Source: Chrysomallon squamiferum (taxonomy: Eukaryota > Animalia > Mollusca). Taken from it: a DNA stretch of 64,000 nt. A program made the translations under genes and the position numbers. The DNA is taken from the NCBI GenBank assembly GCA_012295275.1, contig CM022666.1, forward strand, positions 10,168,001 through 10,232,000. Reading direction: 5' to 3'. Of this stretch, positions 35,647 through 48,652 are shown one piece after another (position 1 is the first letter of the stretch; each line of letters begins with the position of its first letter). The notes below the pieces were generated by a model. That model searched no databases, was not told where the DNA came from, and saw only the letters and a program-made list of their open reading frames with translations.

Positions 35647-38600
35647 ATGAGCTCTGCAACGAAGGTATGTTTGCAGTTAGTTCGGAGTTATAATGTTGGA
35701 AACAGAGATATTTTTATATTTTCAAATATATATTTTATTTGGTAGTACTTAAAAAAAGGAATGGCATGGGTCATTCGAGTCAGTATTTACAGCACTGAAT
35801 TTTCCTTTATCTTTTGTTAATATGAATGAAAAATAATAATATCAGATTTTTTTTATTTCTGCATTCTTATTCATATATATCAATAAATATGACGATAGTT
35901 TAACTTTCGGAAAATATCATTTTCCTATAAAAATTATATCAAGAGAAAGAGCAAGAAAAGTAGAAAAATCATAAAATGACCACAATATTTTTTTATACAA
36001 TGGATCTGAAATAGTTACCTCAATAAAATGTGTCAGTACTTTTCCTTCAGAATCTATGGAGAAACTGTGATTGATTTTAGTCATTTTGCAATATAAACAA
36101 AAAATAAAATCTGAATATCTAAAAATATATTATCTAAAACTGAAATATTTTACCACATAATTACTAAAACAAATGTAACATCAAACTTTTCAGACATCAA
36201 CAGCAACAGGAATTGCAACAGCTGTGACATTGCTGAAAACACCCCTTATTTTGATATCTAAAATTAAGTTCCTGCTGCCATAAATATTTGTATGAAATTT
36301 GGCTATGAGAGAAATGCATAATTTGTAACCAGTATTATGTATATGATTTAAAGTCCCAAATAAATTTACTTTAGTCATACAACAATCATTTTGATACTGT
36401 AATGTTGTCTGTTGATTTTCAGTTCTTTATCACGTGTCAAGAAATAAATAAAAATTATTAAGTTGAATATTTAAACTATGCTATATTTGTTGCTTTTAAA
36501 AATAATGTAAAAATGATGATGAAACAGAAATACATGAATGAGGTAACACCCTTCAAGGAAAGTAAAAGCATGTCACAAAAATGGGGCAACCTTCTCCTGC
36601 AGTGCTGAGATGGCTTTTGTTTCGTACCTATATCATGATCATTATTTAATTATTATAATAACTTTAAAATACGAGCAGAGCAATGTAAGCATATTAGAAG
36701 TAACAACAAGTGCGAAAAACTGGATTTTTTAAAGAGAAATTCAAGTTTTATCAGATCCCATATTCATGGTGTTAACATGAAAAATTGTGGAGTGATTGTA
36801 ATTTAATGTTCTGATAATTCATGTAATTTTTGTTGTTTCAGGCTTTATTGAAACAATATTATAATCAAAGTTCATTAAATTCTTTTATCTCCCTTCAAAA
36901 GCAACTGTAAGATATTTTCTGAATATCAAATTCCTTGTATGAGATTGCAATTCTAGATAAGCTTATTTTGTAGCTAAATAATTATATTTAGATATTATAA
37001 TAAAAAATTAATCTACTAATGTACATTACAAATAAGCATCAAGTTTTTGATCAAGTAACCTAATATGAGGTGATAATGGTTTGTTTATGACCTGTATCGT
37101 AAATCTAATGATTTGGTCTACTGCTAGAAAGTAACTGAATGAGTTGATTATATCACATTCTTCATAACAGCTTGCTCTTATTAGCATGTTAAATTTTTTC
37201 ACTTCCTCGATTATGCCTGTATGTTGGCATCAAAATATGGTTATCATTTGTGTTGTTTGGGGATGTATGGATTGTTCAACCTGTCGAGATAAAAAGCAGT
37301 GCCTCTTTGAAATCCCCAAGGTAAATAAACACCAAGGAAGCCAAACTTGGAAGATTTCGAGTGACAGAAGAACATGAGACTTTCAAGAATAAACCAAGCA
37401 AATGTCATTTAAAAGTATGTTTAGGTCACTTTATAACAGGTAATTAAATCAGTTTACTTATAATAAGTTTATTTTTTTCTACTTTTTTCAACTTTTATTG
37501 TTAAAATACATATTAATCCATCAGTAAATTGGTCATAAATTTTATTACAAACTAAATTAATAACTGTTTATATTTCATTAATGTAGAATAAGAATAAATG
37601 AATGAACTATGTAAATTAACGATGAAAAATTCCAATAAGAAGGTAAAATATTATTTTTTATGGATGAGTGGTGATGTTACCCCAATCTTAAAATTACAGA
37701 TGGTTGTTAGTGACCCTAAGAAATGTAGAGTTTAACCATGTGAATTGCTCCACTAATTACCCATAGTAATTAATTTGTATGGTGTAAGCACATATTATTT
37801 TTTATTTCAAACAAATTGACAATTATTACTAAATCATTAATAATGTTGATAAATACACTTAATATGGTATCAACTTGATTTCAATATTTTGTTCAGCATG
37901 TATTTTTCTATTTACAGGAAGAAATGCAGATGTGTTTGATCTGATTAATCCAGACCTGGCACCTTCACTAAGAATGGAACCAACACCTGATGTGTCTGAT
38001 CATGCTGAGAACTCATTTAAAAAAATGTTATGAAAGGCTGAAAGTAGAAATGTTAAGTTCAGAGATTTACAGCAGAAAACATGGAACTTAAAGAAAAATT
38101 AAAAAGTAGGATATTCAGTCCAGATGCCCTCAAAGATGATGAGGAAAGAGTAAAACATTACACAGGACTTTGTTTTACAGTACTTATGGCTTTGTGTAAT
38201 TTTATTTCTTAGATATGTCTGAGACCACATTAACAGTTTTAACAAGACTCAATCTAAGCCAACAGGACCTGGGTTACAGATTTATAATTTCTGCAAGTTG
38301 TATGTCCAAGACATTTCATGATGTCATACAAATAATGTTTGTGAAGATGAAATAATTTAATACTATGGCCAAACCGAGAGTAACTATAGTTAACAATACT
38401 TATGGCATTCCATAGATATTTTGGAGTTAAAGTGTCAGTTACTTTTGACTGCTTTGAGATATTTATATATTATATAGCTAACTTATTAGCTCAAGCTAAA
38501 ACTTGGTCAAATTACAAACCTCAGAATACTATTAAATATTTAATTGGTATTACACCTCAAAGTGCATTTTTAACAAAGGGGGGGGTATGTTGTCAGAGCA

Positions 38601-41600
38601 TCAGACAAACATGTAACATTGTCGCCTATCAATCTTCTACTGGGTGACATTGTGCTGGCAGACAGTGGTTTGACATAAAACAAAGTGTTGGGCTATACTG
38701 TGCAGAAGTGAAAATTCCAGCATTTAGCAATGATCACCTTTAGAACTTGAAGCCTCCAGAAAAAAGGTGCATACCAGAATTCATGTCAAGAGAGTGGTTG
38801 GACTGGTGCTTAACAAATACACAGTTTTGCAAAGTACTATTCCCATTGACTATCTGCACACAACAAATGAATTGGTATCAACAGTTGATAAAATAACAAC
38901 AGTCTGCTGCGCATTGTCAGATATATGTGAGTCTGTGGTTCCCTTTGACTGAATAAAAAGAAAATCTAAACAGCACATGTAGTGCAAAGCCACAACTTTG
39001 TAACAGAGTCTGAAAATCATTTGAACATAATTGTTACCATATAACATTTTCACTTATAAATACTTTATATTTTCACTTTATTTTTTATGTGCATTTTGCA
39101 ATATATTTTATTTTCAAAAATGTAATCTGTTTATAAACAATTAACAGTTTGAAAATTTATTGTTCTAAAAAAAAATAGTGTCTGCTGTGCAACCTGGTTA
39201 GCTCTAACAGTGTTTTAAATATTTGTGTCTAATTGGCATACACCACAAAACATAACAATAATTATAAAAATAAGCATGACTCGTTTATTTTTAATTTTTC
39301 ATTATGTAATTTTTGAGACAAATAAATTACAATATTTTTTAATTTACTGACTTTGTCTTTCTTTTTCATATTTTCTTCTTACATTCATTACAGTTGTCAT
39401 TCAGGATGTTAGGACTTTGAATGGTCTTGAGTTCGCTTTTCTAACAGGTTTGGTAATACTGCTAATTTAAAAAACTGCTCTGCCTTTTCTGCCATTTCAA
39501 AACAAAACTTCTCATCAAAAAGATATTCTTTCTGTGAAGAAATCGGCTTTAATCCACACCAAAATGTCACAATATTCCACCATGGTAAGTAATAATTGGC
39601 ACTGAACTTGATAGTGGTAAGGGTGTGACTTTTTTAAACAGATTGGTCACTTATCATTTATAACCAAACCAGTGTCTTGCCATTGAACATTTTTATGATC
39701 CCCATGTCTGTCTTGATGAAAATGACTTGAAAGCAGGATAATAGATTTCCTTTAAAAGAATCTGATGGACTGTCAACAGAGGTTCTGCATGTTGCTTTTA
39801 TTCTGGAGGCAGTAATGTTTCCTGTCTGGAATCTAAACCTCTGCTTGCTGTTTGATTGTAATTGTTTATCAGTTTTGCAGTTCAGTGGCTCTTCCTCACT
39901 AACAGAGATTTCCATGCCTACATTTTGACAATATTTAATTAACTTTTCCTTACTAACAGATGTAAAAGTGTCATCAAACAATTCTGAAAGTACTTTGGGA
40001 TGCTTCTTGTCCAATGCATTTGATTGATGGATGCTTGCCTGATTTTTTGGCTGTAAATATTAAATTAGCAATGAATACATCCTGCAACAAGTGAAAGGAT
40101 GACTGGGTTTGTGTTCATGCAGCTGAGTAGAAAAAACAGTTTCAACAGTTCCTCTGCTGATGGCGTGCTCAACTTTGGAAGTTTCCTTTCCCACTGGCTG
40201 GAATTGACATACCAGTACTGATCGACTGATTTAATTGTTTTTCTTCATCGTTGCAGAGGTAAACTCAGAATCCTGTATTGTCTTGTACTGTACCTTAATT
40301 CTGCCTTTGGAAACAGTCTGTATGCCTTTTTTTCTGTCACTGTCTTACTATTTCTTATCTTTACCAAAGTTTCTGCTGCAAATAAAAGGGCTCTAACATT
40401 TGAACAGACTTCTCCAGTAGAAATGAGATGCATCACATTCTGTGGTTCAGATGGTTTCAAAATGGTATCGTTCATCCTCTGAGAATGTTTTACTTTCCCA
40501 GTAAAAACACTCCTTTCATTCACAACTGCATATTTAATGTTTAAGCCATAATTATGTTGAATCTATAGTAAAAATAAGTCTTTTGTGTAATGCTTGCACT
40601 TTTATAAACAATGGGGAATGGCCTACAATGTGGTGAATGGGAAACAGGAATTGTGGCTAAAGCCAAGTGATGGAAAACTATGTATTGACATAATAGATTC
40701 TGATGGAATATAGCTAAGGATGAAAAGATCCAAAGATGGACAAGCCTTATCCTTGAAAGAAAATATGTCGTATGAATAATGTCTAAGGTCATCTTTGAGC
40801 ATCACAGGAGAAGATCGGACATGTTGTGAGTGTTTAAGATTATGAATGGTATGGACAGAGTAAATCCTGGTGAAGTCTTTGGTATGAATTCAGAGTCCAG
40901 CCGAAAAGTTTATGAAGAAATATACAAAACTAGACATCAATCAGTTTTCATCCAGAAAGAAGTAAATGACTGAAATTCCTTTCCTGCCAAAATGATCTTT
41001 CTTTGAATTTTTTGAGTTGAGTTGATACGTTTGGGCTAACAAGTATAATCAACTATGATAGTCAAGATGCTAAATTCATATATGCAGTTAACAGAATAAA
41101 TCAACAGGCTTAGTCTCTGTAGTTTATGTATAGTATCATTTTACGCTATATCATTAAATCTGAAATTTGTTTATTATTTTATTTATTATTATTATTTTTT
41201 TTTAATCAGGTTGGTGAAATCTTTACTGCTGCTGGTTCTGCATTTAGCAAGCTTGGTGAGCTGACAATGCAGCTACATCCTACTACAGAACAGAGTCCTA
41301 GCAGGTGGCATAAATCATAATTTTCTATTGTCAGAATCAACAAAACTTATTTAATTAAATTAGTCACATGTATGTTAAAAAAAATAATAAATAAATTAAT
41401 AATAATAATAATAATTTTAAAAATAGCAAAATTAAACATTCAGTAGTCTTTTATAGCTATATAGTTTATGAATGGCACAATTTTTAAAATTTGTTTTTAT
41501 GTTTTATTATTATACTGTTTGGCATGAATATTCCTATGATATGCTTGAAGTCTGTCAGTGTGTCATATGTGGTTATTGTTTCACTGATATAATCAGTTAC

Positions 41601-44600
41601 GAAGATTTAAAATTGTATGATATTAATGATATTCTGAACATGAACAATAATCAGTGATTTATATTCCCAGTGGTAAGTGGACAGATCAGGAGCTAGAAAT
41701 GTTGAGTTCATCAGTAAAACGATTTGGTGAAGATTTGAATAAAATAAGTGATGTAATAAAGAATAGAACAATGTGAGTATATACAAGTTCTACATAACAT
41801 TTGTATTTTTGCAGTATTTTAATATTTTATTTCTATTACACTAAGATTACTTTTAACTGTGTATCATTTAAATTTAACTTCATTTAAGAATTTGTTAATC
41901 TTAAAGTAATTAAAAAATAAAACCATAAATGTACAGATATTATTTTATTTATGGCTGTATCTTGCATTGCTGTTTGTATTATTCCATTTCAGTTCACCAA
42001 ATAAAATGGAAAGTGTAACCTGTCTGATTCAGAGTTTAATAAACATTGATATACATGTTTCTTTTTGAATCTCCATGATGTTGATGTTGGAAAAGTAATT
42101 CCACATGGAATACTAATCTGCTGTTATTTTACATCCTTAAATTTTTGGGATCACATGACCTTGGAAAGTGTAATTAGTTAGTCACAGTATGTCACTTGGT
42201 ATAACATATTAATGGTAATGAACAACTTTTTGTATAGTAAAGCATAATTCCTGAAAATTTTGTCAGAGGTTATTGTTCATGATTGCACCTAATAAGAAAT
42301 CATAATTTATTCAAAGAACAAACCCTTTTTCTTCTCTTTTTTTTTTTCTGCAAATGTTGATAGAAATGAAATTGTGCCTGATCACACTTCTGTGGAAGGC
42401 ATTGTGTTAATGTTTCAAACATGCTCTTGTTTGGTAAATGGCAATGTCTGGCCAAATGCTGATGGAATCTCCATTTTCGGTATGAATACATTCTGACAAT
42501 ATTCATCAATTCTTCGTTGAATGACATTCAAAGGATTGGTATGGCAGTGGTGATTGGCTAATTTTAAGAGGAATCTCCTCTTTCAACCAACTTGTGTTCT
42601 CTTTAATGACAATGATCTTGCTTGAGCCTGGTATTTTAAATCTTATACTCTTATACATCAGTTTGTTGGCAATACAATACAGTAGTCTCCACTTACAATT
42701 ATTCATCATTCCATCATGCATAAATGATTGGCACTTCCATTTTGCTTCCTACAAAATGCAACATGTGAAAGCCAGTTAGTATTAGCAAACAGATTTGTTA
42801 AAAATAAAATTTCTTTATTTTCTCATGTATTATCAATTTTGATATGAGAATTATATCAAATTGGTAGACTTAACATTTCTATCTTCTCCACTGTAGGTTC
42901 ACCTTTTTCTAGAAAATGTTACCATATATGTAATATATGTAAGCTGATCCCAAGACAAATGGTGTAGCTCTAGATTGTAAAGAATTGTACAATAATCAGG
43001 CAATGTTTTGGTTTTAATGCATACTTTTAATCCACATTATTGTTAATATATTGCACATTTACTGATCTTGTCACCATTTTAATAATCCTAATTTAATATT
43101 TTTCTAGCTAGTTTATTACTCTTTTTAGTCCAGATGAACTGAAAAGAAAGAATTTGTTGGATTTGGAAGTGAAGAAAAAAGATAACAAATTCTTATAAAG
43201 TTAAACTTTTGATTACAGTAATTCTTCCTAAAGAATAAAAGATAGCAAAAAAACATTTTGACCATTGTTCAAGCAACTGTTAATTCTTGTATTTGATACA
43301 GATCAGTAGAAAACCATACACCAAGTATTGTAAAATTCAGTAATCCATTTTGATTTATGTTAAGAACACATTTATCTGTGTTCTTTATACTCTTTGCCTA
43401 ATCTTACTATATTCATTTTATCTAGCATTAACTTTTCAGACAAGATATATTGATAAAAATATTGTTATGTTTCCACAAACTCTATAAGAATTTTATCACA
43501 CCAGTCTAATAGTAGTCATCAACAAACTGAAACATAAATTTGCTCTTTATCGTTCTCAGTTTCACATATATCTTTATTATTTCTTACCAGGATTCCAAGA
43601 ATTTCAGCATATATAATAAAAATATAGGGAGATAACAGAACCTGCTTCCTACTTTCTGTGCCATTTTGAACAGTTTTATCATTTTCCAGTCAGAGGAAAT
43701 TTTCAGCAAAATGGTAAATGGCAAGCATGAAATTGTCAGTCCCTAAAGTTCATTCTGGACCTTTATAACTAACTTGCCTGGTGTTTTGATTAATAATGTA
43801 AAGCCTAATTTTGTTTTGTATATTGCTTACTAAAGATTACAGTAATTGTTACATACTCAGTGATGATTACATAATTCTGTTCAAGAGAATTAATCATTCC
43901 TGTTAATCATATTCTTTCAGCATTAACACATGAAGCATAATGCACTGACAAGCACAAAGTCTGTTATGCATTAACTTTGCATACATTGACTGTAGCAGGA
44001 CTTTGCTTAGGATGTGGAAAACATACATTATTGTCCTCAGGCATCTATTCTTTGTGTAATTCTGATTTGTAAAGAATAATACATCATGTTTATAAAATAT
44101 CAATTCAAGGTCATACAAAAGGTAAAAAGGTTATGACTTTAAAATGGTCCTGTTCTAAGAATAATTACAGACTGGAATTCCTTGTGGAATTTTCTTTCCA
44201 GCAACACCTACATATGCCAAGTGACTGCTCAGATAACAGGGTCTAAAGATTAAAACTGTCAAATTTTGAAGTATTGGTCCACTGAAGATAAATGTGATAT
44301 TTAGACATCTGAGATCAAATTAAACATGTATACCCATTTTTATCAAAATCTTGAGTGGTCAGCTGTGACTTTTCATTTTTTTTTGATATGACATGGAATG
44401 ACCCATTAATAAAAATAAAATTAAAAAATGGTATATTGCAGTTCCCAAATAAAAAATCAGCTTAAAAGAAAAGCATTTGAGGAAGCTGGAATCCAACAGC
44501 CAACAGATTCACACACAAAAGTTGTCACAAAGCATATCACACATGTCACTCATGAACATCATTCCAAAAAACAGAAAACATCAGGTTAGAAAAGCTTTTG

Positions 44601-45286
44601 GTTTTTTGGGGGTTTTTTTGGTTCCACACTTAATTATTCAATTATTTTTCATTAATTTAGATATGTTATTGTTTTTCACAAGTAAATAAATAAATATATT
44701 TTTCATCATTGTTTATGTTTAAATTAATCAAAAAGCATTTTTAAATAAATGCATTAGTAAAAAGATAGGTCTAGATATTTATCAGTCTAAGCTTATCAAA
44801 TACATTCATGTTACATTGTTAGTATATTAATACTATTTTTAAAAAGATATATACAAAATGTACTATTTATATTTTAGATGTAACCCTCAGTGCCCTGAAT
44901 GCTCCTGAAAGTGATGTTGACATAGAAGGATTGGGAGAGAATTCAGTGTCCAAGAAACTTGATTTTGATTCTGGTAACACAGCTACTTTTTACTTTGTGA
45001 AAGTGATCTAAATCATTTAGAATTATTTGTTAATACTAGAATTAAACTTATTACACAAATATAATACATACAACAAATAATTCTAATATTTGGGAAAATA
45101 AAGATTGTTTATTTTAGATATAAAAATACTTAATAAAATGTACAAAACGTTTAATTATATCTTGTTCAAAACTGATCTTTACATCTCAAATATTAATTTT
45201 GTTATTGAAAAAAAATATATATTTCAAGTATAATTTTAACAATCTTTTATTAAATTATTTCAGATGTTGATTCCAGTATGCTGTGA
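35647..45286 (+). CDS. BAP18: Chromatin complexes subunit BAP18 (C17orf49 homologue; SANT/Myb-like domain)
   Basis: Exons 35647-35664, 41210-41304, 41671-41772, 44442-44584, 44878-44973, 45264-45286 are all GT-AG and phase-compatible. They give [118 protein letters not shown], matching recalled human C17orf49. Confidence 0.95.
37237..40650. mobile_element. ISL2EU (PIF/Harbinger-related) DNA transposon relic in BAP18 intron 1: THAP-DDE transposase (+, ~37237-38952) convergent with SWIM/YqaJ-like exonuclease ORF (-, ~40650-39380)
   Basis: Plus strand: [10 protein letters not shown] (THAP), [62 protein letters not shown] (DDE_Tnp_4-type). Minus strand: [55 protein letters not shown]. Many stops and frameshifts. 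Confidence 0.82.
40700..40960 (+). mobile_element. CR1-type LINE 3' fragment
   Basis: Degenerate [20 protein letters not shown], typical of the CR1 ORF2 C-terminus. Confidence 0.5.
42300..44330 (-). mobile_element. L1/Tx1-like LINE relic in BAP18 intron 3
   Basis: Reverse strand ~43660-43510 reads [30 protein letters not shown] (RT domains 4-5: LSPY.F...E.L..QFADD). Boundaries are approximate. Confidence 0.6.
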
Positions 45287-46649
45287 ATATTTGTCTTACT
45301 GCATGGATGAAGATACAGTCATTCAAATAAAAACTAAGTTGAGATTAATGGTGCTTTAGTTACATTTAGTTAAATGTATTAGTAAAATGAAACCAAAAAT
45401 AAAAATCTGATAACCACAATTTATGGTGGAAAAGAAAACTTAAAAAATTATTATGATTGCTCTTCAGTTCTGAATGTTTTTAACTTGTGTCAGAAGCAAT
45501 CAAAATTTCTGTACATCTGTGGCAGCTTTTGAGAAATTATTACTTGTCCAGTGATATTTATCATTTTTAAATATATGAGTTATTTAACAGGTTGCAGAAC
45601 TGTAGGATTATCTAAAGATTAGGTAATATACAATGCCAGGATTTTGCATATTTCAAAATAATTAGTGCAATATTTTGAGCAAAGAAAACAAAAATGAAAG
45701 TTAACTCTTCAACACAAATATTAATACCTTGTTCTCATATCTAAATTGATCACATTTTTCTCTATTATCAATTTAGTTGTTTTTGTTGTTGTTGTGGTTG
45801 TCATCTGTTACGTGTGAGATAGTAAATGTCAAATACTGTTCACAAGTTCTAGTAGGGGTAAAAAAAAATTTGTTTTCATAATATTCATCTCTTGTATGTC
45901 ATTACACTTTCCATTGCTTTATCCTATAGTTAGCATGTAAGATGCTTCAAACATATGTTGCTTTTTCTATAGTAGATAAAACCATTAAACATTTTTCAAT
46001 TTGTTAATTATACTCTGTTTGGTGTTAATGTTAACAATGAATTAATTCTCATAAACTGAAGGATTACAGTATAGAGAAGAATGTATTACAGAAAAATTAA
46101 AATGCAGAAATTTAATGTGGAGGACATACTCTCACATAGTTCTTATTAAGAAACATAACTTTCTTAATCAATATCAATATATTTTTGCTGTTAAACAAAT
46201 TTTTAAATGAAAATATATCTGGATGTCACATACATTTATTTGGTACAGCTTTTCTCACATTTAATAAAATAGGATCATTACATTCAAATCTATGATGATA
46301 TTCTTCAATTTTGCCAAAATGACAAATTTGACATTTTCCGTCTTATCTTAGAATATTAAACCATTCAGTTTCAAATTAGAAGTTCTAAATTTACATTCTT
46401 TTGAGAGAGCACTGCAACAATTTCAGTTTTCAAGATTTGTTAAAACAAAAGTATCAGTTAACTCTTTGGATACTTTTTCACATAAGCCTTTAACATTATC
46501 AAAGTTATGCTATGTCTATGTATGTATGTATGTACACACTCCTGTAAGTCATTTAGAGAAATAGTTTTAATTGTAAAACCATTTTTATTTTCTATTGGAT
46601 AACAAATAATTTACTGTAATTTTTGCCTTAGTTTCTTTACATATTTATT

Positions 46650-47830
46650 AAGACATTAAAAATTTGTCTATTTATACCATTTAACTTCTACAGATTGTCG
46701 AATGCTTTTTAAAAATCTGTAAAAGTACAATACAATTTTTGTTATATTTAAATAATTAAAGACTAAAGAGAATACATAGAATGATTTTTCTAAAGGTTTT
46801 TTAATCTGCATACTTAATCAAGAAGCAAGTCCAGATGTAAACAATTTACCTAAACAGGTTAATGTAATGGCATATAGTTTTAAGGCTGATGGTGGGGGCC
46901 TTCAGTTTTACATATACTGGTTTAACAAGTCCTGTTAACCAACTAGATTGTATAATTGCTAGGTCAAGAATAACATTAATCAGCAGTACATATAAAGGAA
47001 ATAATATTAACAGCCCATACTTAAAATATGAAGGTCTTCTCCAGCTGATCAGTTACAGTGGGGTCTGTTCACTGTTCTAGTTTCTTCCTCAGCTGAAAAA
47101 GCTTGTTCTAAATTAGTTATTTGTCTTTGGGTGGGTAATTCTGACACATGATCAAGAACAATTTCATCAATAATAATTTTCAAAATTTTGAAAAATTTAC
47201 ATTAAAAATCAATTAACACAAACACCTTTATTACTGTTCGGAATTTATCTGTAGTCCATGGATCTGAAATTTTTAGCATTTGTATTTTGCATTTAATAGA
47301 TGTCATATATTCCCTAACACCACTAACAGATCTGTTCAGCATTTATTTATATTAATTCTCAGTTTTCAGTAATCAACAAAATTAGCATCTTTACATGTAT
47401 ATTCCCCAATATTTCTATCTTCACTTCTTCACCTGTTCAACATAATCTTTAAATCTACAGATACGAAGGAAAATACAACCAACTACAGATTGATCTGTCT
47501 TTGATCGTTGTGTAATTGTCCCATCTACTCCTTGTATCAACCTGCCCTTTTAAGGTTACTCACCTCCTTTGTCTTTTATTTGATTTGTAGTTGGATACAA
47601 TTTCTTTCAGATGTTCATTAACTCCATATGTTTATTAGTGCTTTGGGTGCAGCTGATTTATTTTTCTGTCTTTACACACAATAAATTTAGTTACAATAGG
47701 TCCTCTATGCTGTCAAAATTTTCCGTAGACTGTGAAAGTCAATATTGTTTTCTACATTCATTTCATTTTTTTTATAAACTACAGTGTCTTCCTTATCCTT
47801 CTCTGTAAACCCACTAAAGATCAAGTTGTT
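46650..47830 (-). mobile_element. Highly decayed LINE (CR1/L2-group) relic between BAP18 and PCCA
   Basis: Reverse strand shows LEQAFSAEE..VNR..SAGED and VKPVY..NY.P..LTCLGKLFTS-like RT-proximal motifs, heavily interrupted. Confidence 0.4.
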
Positions 47831-48652
47831 GCACAGAAGCATGACACTGCGTCATTCTCTCATGAATTCAATTCACACAATTAACAGAAGACAAACTTAC
47901 ATGTGACAATATTTCAAAATAACAACTGCAAAACTTGTCCACCTTAAAAATAACTTCTCAAATTAAGAAAAGTAATTTTAATTGATACATTATATTCTCT
48001 ATTCATAATGTTTGTAATATAATAATCATATGCAGTTTAGTCTTATCGCACCACAATTTCACCAGAAAAATTCACTGCATATATGAAATAGTAATAACCC
48101 AAATATAAATGAAACAGATATGTCTAGAATAAAGACGTGCTTTATCGCTAAATCATAATTATTGTAAAAGAGAACTCATCAAGAAAAGTTGAATATTATA
48201 CATGAACTTGATTACAATTTTGTTTAGAGATTCAAATATTTTAAATGCCCATCATGAAAATACATAACCAGTATATTGTATAAAGATAACAGGAACTAGC
48301 TTAATGACTATAAAGGCAAGAATATTAATTTTCATCTAAAATGATTCAATATACCTCAAATTACTGGGCAAAAATACTCTCTTTTTTATCCCTTTTTTGC
48401 ATTTAATTTTGAATAATATTAAGATTATCCTCAACATAAAAATTACCTGTATCACATTAATAAACCCTTAATCTATTTCCTACCACACATCATTATAATA
48501 TTTTTAAATTAAAGATGTTAGTAAATGCTTGTTATGTCAGTGTTAGTTGGTACCAATACAACAATCTTGTATGTTACTTCTGTTTCCTTAAGATACAAAA
48601 TATATTTTTCATTACTTTTTAGACATGTCAGAAGGATGATAATACTGTTCAA

